Source of the DNA: an uncultured Phycisphaeraceae bacterium
Lineage (GTDB): Bacteria; Planctomycetota; Phycisphaerae; UBA1845
Assembly (NCBI GenBank): GCA_964648365.1
Contig: CAZYLK010000001.1
Coordinates: forward strand, 762-64,761
Reading direction: 5' to 3'
DNA: 64,000 nt
Shown: positions 62,263 to 64,000 of the stretch, piece after piece
How positions within the stretch are numbered: the first letter of the stretch is position 1
Layout of the letters: each line of letters opens with the position of its first letter
Position numbers and translations under genes: made by a program
Notes under the pieces: model-generated
Databases searched by the model: none
Seen by the model: the letters and a program-made list of their open reading frames with translations, nothing else
What the model was told of the DNA's origin: nothing

Positions 62263-63557
62263 CAGCCGCGGGTCCGGTGAAGGAGGCTTGCCGTTTCATC
62301 GAGGAAAAACTGGCGATAGGCCGGAGGCGCATCCACCACGTTCCCCAACGGATCAAGTGTGATGGGGTAGACGGTGGTTTCGGACCGCGGCCGGTAAAAG
62401 AAGAGTATCATGACCTCGTCCGCGCCGATGGTTCCCGCCGCCACCTCCCGCCGCACCCGATCCACCAGATGATCGCTGTGCGTCTCGATCACCGCCATCC
62501 GATTTTTCGCGCCTGCGACAAGACGGGCGAAGAACGTCCCCAACGCCGCCTGTGCGCGGGGATGGAGATGAACCTCCGGTTGCTGCATAAGAAGGGTTGC
62601 GTCTTCGTCATGCAGCACGCTCTGCACGACGATGGGCAGGGCCTGACTCACGCCGTAGCCGACGTCGGTCAGGTTGACAGCGGCACCGCCGACCCGTACG
62701 CGCAACTGGAACGGGTCGGATGCCTGCTTGCCGAGCCGCTTGACATCTACCTGCCTAAAAAGCCCCGACTCGCCCCCGAACGCTCGAAGCGCGCTCAGCA
62801 CGCGCTGGCCGGCGGGGGATGATTCCTCGCGGTCCAGCAGGCGGGCCAGCAACGTCGGGACATGGTCGCCCTCCGGGCTGTATTCTTCACTGAATTCATC
62901 GTATGTCCGGCGTGGCTTGGAACGGATAGGCGCGGTGGAGCGGGCCTGCGCGCCTGGCGCCAGCATTTGGGCGATCATCCGGTCCGCCAGACGCAGGCTC
63001 TCTGTTGTCCAATGACTGCCGTTGTCCTTTGTCCACCGTTGCACGATGTCGTACACGAGCAGCATCAACGGAATTCCGCTTCGCAATCGCTCGGCATCGA
63101 AGGGCGCGTCCAGTTCGGCCGCCGGCGCCGCAAGGCCGTGGGGCGTCAGCGATATCCGGATGGATGCGTCGCCGATCGACAGATCGATCGTGCCTGACGC
63201 GCCTGTTCCTCGAAAACCTCGAAGCAACGTGTTGCCGGAGTCGCTGCCATAGCGCGCCAGAACCTCGTGGTCGGTTTGCCCGGCGGCCTCTGCGATCGCG
63301 TATCCGAGGCTGAAGTGGTCGGCGTGCCGGTTCCCGCTGCCAAGCGAGGTTGCAATGGTGTCGTACGTGCCCAGATTGTAGGGTGGATCATTGAACCCGG
63401 GGCTGAGCGGGAAACCGATGCCGTCCATGACGCCGTTCAGCGCGGCCAGCATCGTGGTCTTGCCGGAACTGTTCTCGCCGACCAGAAAGGTCAGCGGGCG
63501 GAGCGGAATCCGATGCATCCCCGCGAAACTGCGGACGTTTTCGAGTATTAGTTCCAT
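62262..63557 (-). CDS. ABC/AAA15-type ATPase with DUF3696-like C-terminus
   Basis: MELILENVRSFAG...FLVGENSSGKTT (Walker A), LLMQQPEVHLHP (Walker B) and IETHSDHLVDRVRREV (H-loop plus DUF3696-like tail; family name from recollection). The ATG at 63557 was chosen over the GTG at 63575. Confidence 0.75.
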   Translation of the reverse strand: MELILENVRSFAGMHRIPLRPLTFLVGENSSGKTTMLAALNGVMDGIGFPLSPGFNDPPYNLGTYDTIATSLGSGNRHADHFSLGYAIAEAAGQTDHEVLARYGSDSGNTLLRGFRGTGASGTIDLSIGDASIRISLTPHGLAAPAAELDAPFDAERLRSGIPLMLLVYDIVQRWTKDNGSHWTTESLRLADRMIAQMLAPGAQARSTAPIRSKPRRTYDEFSEEYSPEGDHVPTLLARLLDREESSPAGQRVLSALRAFGGESGLFRQVDVKRLGKQASDPFQLRVRVGGAAVNLTDVGYGVSQALPIVVQSVLHDEDATLLMQQPEVHLHPRAQAALGTFFARLVAGAKNRMAVIETHSDHLVDRVRREVAAGTIGADEVMILFFYRPRSETTVYPITLDPLGNVVDAPPAYRQFFLDETASLLHRTRG

Positions 63558-63649
63558 GCCGGGCTTCGGCTCCACCGTGTCCCGCAGCCAACGAGGTTAT
63601 TGGGATTCCGCACCACTCTAGGCGCAAGACGCCCCCGCGTCGAGCGCGG

Positions 63650-63691
63650 CCGAAACCAAAGCAGGCCGGCACCGGATGTCCGGCGCCGGCC
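63650..63691 (-). terminator. Intrinsic terminator-like hairpin downstream of the right-edge gene
   Basis: The minus sense reads GGCCGGCGCCGG-ACAT-CCGGTGCCGGCC followed by TGCTTTGGTTTCG. It lies about 70 nt after the stop at 63759-63761. Confidence 0.6.
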
Positions 63692-63758
63692 TGAACGTGC
63701 TCTGACCGTCGTCACTGGGCGGTCGGCCCTCGCGAACTCGACCTCCGATACCGACCAA

Positions 63759-64000
63759 TCAGCAATCCGACCGCTTGCCCTTGATCTTGCAGGTGCCGTT
63801 GCCCTGCGGGCAGCCGATGGTCGTCTTAATCTTCTTGTCGCAGTCCTTGACGTCTTCGCAGCGTGCTTCGCTCCGGTAGGCGCCGCCCTTCGGCGGGCAC
63901 AGGTCGCAGCCGCCCTTGGCCTTGCTCTTCTTGATGGTATAGGTGCAGCGTGAGCCGCCCAGCGTTACGTAGGCAAGACCGTCGTGGGCGCCGAGGCCGC
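63759..64000 (-). CDS. Partial CDS (C-terminus only): third protein carrying the 8-Cys C-terminal domain
   Basis: Own minus-strand translation gives ...GLGAHDGLAYVTLGGSRCTYTIKKSKAKGGCDLCPPKGGAYRSEARCEDVKDCDKKIKTTIGCPQGNGTCKIKGKRSDC, with the stop at 63761-63759. It is not in the ORF track because its start lies beyond the window. Confidence 0.75.
   Translation of the reverse strand, partial: GLGAHDGLAYVTLGGSRCTYTIKKSKAKGGCDLCPPKGGAYRSEARCEDVKDCDKKIKTTIGCPQGNGTCKIKGKRSDC

Noticed and set aside
1-64000. tRNA, rRNA, tmRNA, integrase or transposase genes, and prophage boundaries
   Set aside because: I scanned the larger non-coding gaps by eye for T-loop-like GTTCGAATC motifs and cloverleaf-sized structures. 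I scanned the ORF translations for recombinase or transposase motifs. Nothing supportable was found, so none is reported. A tRNAscan/Infernal run would be the proper check.

Overview
The window is a visibly GC-rich bacterial chromosomal segment. Gene content and repeat style suggest a Planctomycetota/PVC-like organism, but that is inference only. All family names below come from motif recognition in the translated ORFs; no database search was run.

Housekeeping content, left to right:
- A Rieske / split cytochrome b cluster on the minus strand.
- A phosphohexomutase, a PDZ-hydrolase and a CX5R phosphatase.
- A complete hypABFCDE maturation cluster with no hydrogenase structural genes in the window.
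- infA, an M43 metallopeptidase and gdhA.
- A histidine kinase plus NtrC-type regulator, divergent from a Ser/Thr kinase with TPR repeats.
- rpoD-dnaG, pspA, a NitT/TauT-type ABC transporter and argH.
- An AddA-like helicase-nuclease, a PutA-like enzyme and etfBA.

Accessory islets look more A/T-rich by eye:
- A DUF433/DUF5615 toxin-antitoxin pair.
- A tightly overlapping three-gene cassette of unknown function (21835-23455).
- A DUF4143 ATPase next to hipBA.
- A translationally coupled ABC-type ATPase plus PIN-like gene pair (61798-63557).

The most unusual signal is not a gene. It is a dense set of short repeat families:
- Two families of 8-bp tandem arrays sit exactly at gene boundaries, abutting or supplying stop and start codons, often as inverted pairs.
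- Several about 23-30 bp hairpin modules form intergenic arrays and are also inserted in frame inside conserved genes: six tandem copies in putA, several in hypF, one in the AddA-like gene.

Other candidates for follow-up:
- A roughly 65-aa eight-cysteine C-terminal domain shared by three secreted proteins.
- A same-strand pspA / AAA+ ATPase / histone-H1-like / vWA lipoprotein cluster.
- A ferredoxin-Rieske fusion.
- An apparently catalytically dead aldehyde dehydrogenase domain in PutA.

Many very long ORFs in the track are antisense shadow ORFs typical of high-GC DNA and were rejected.
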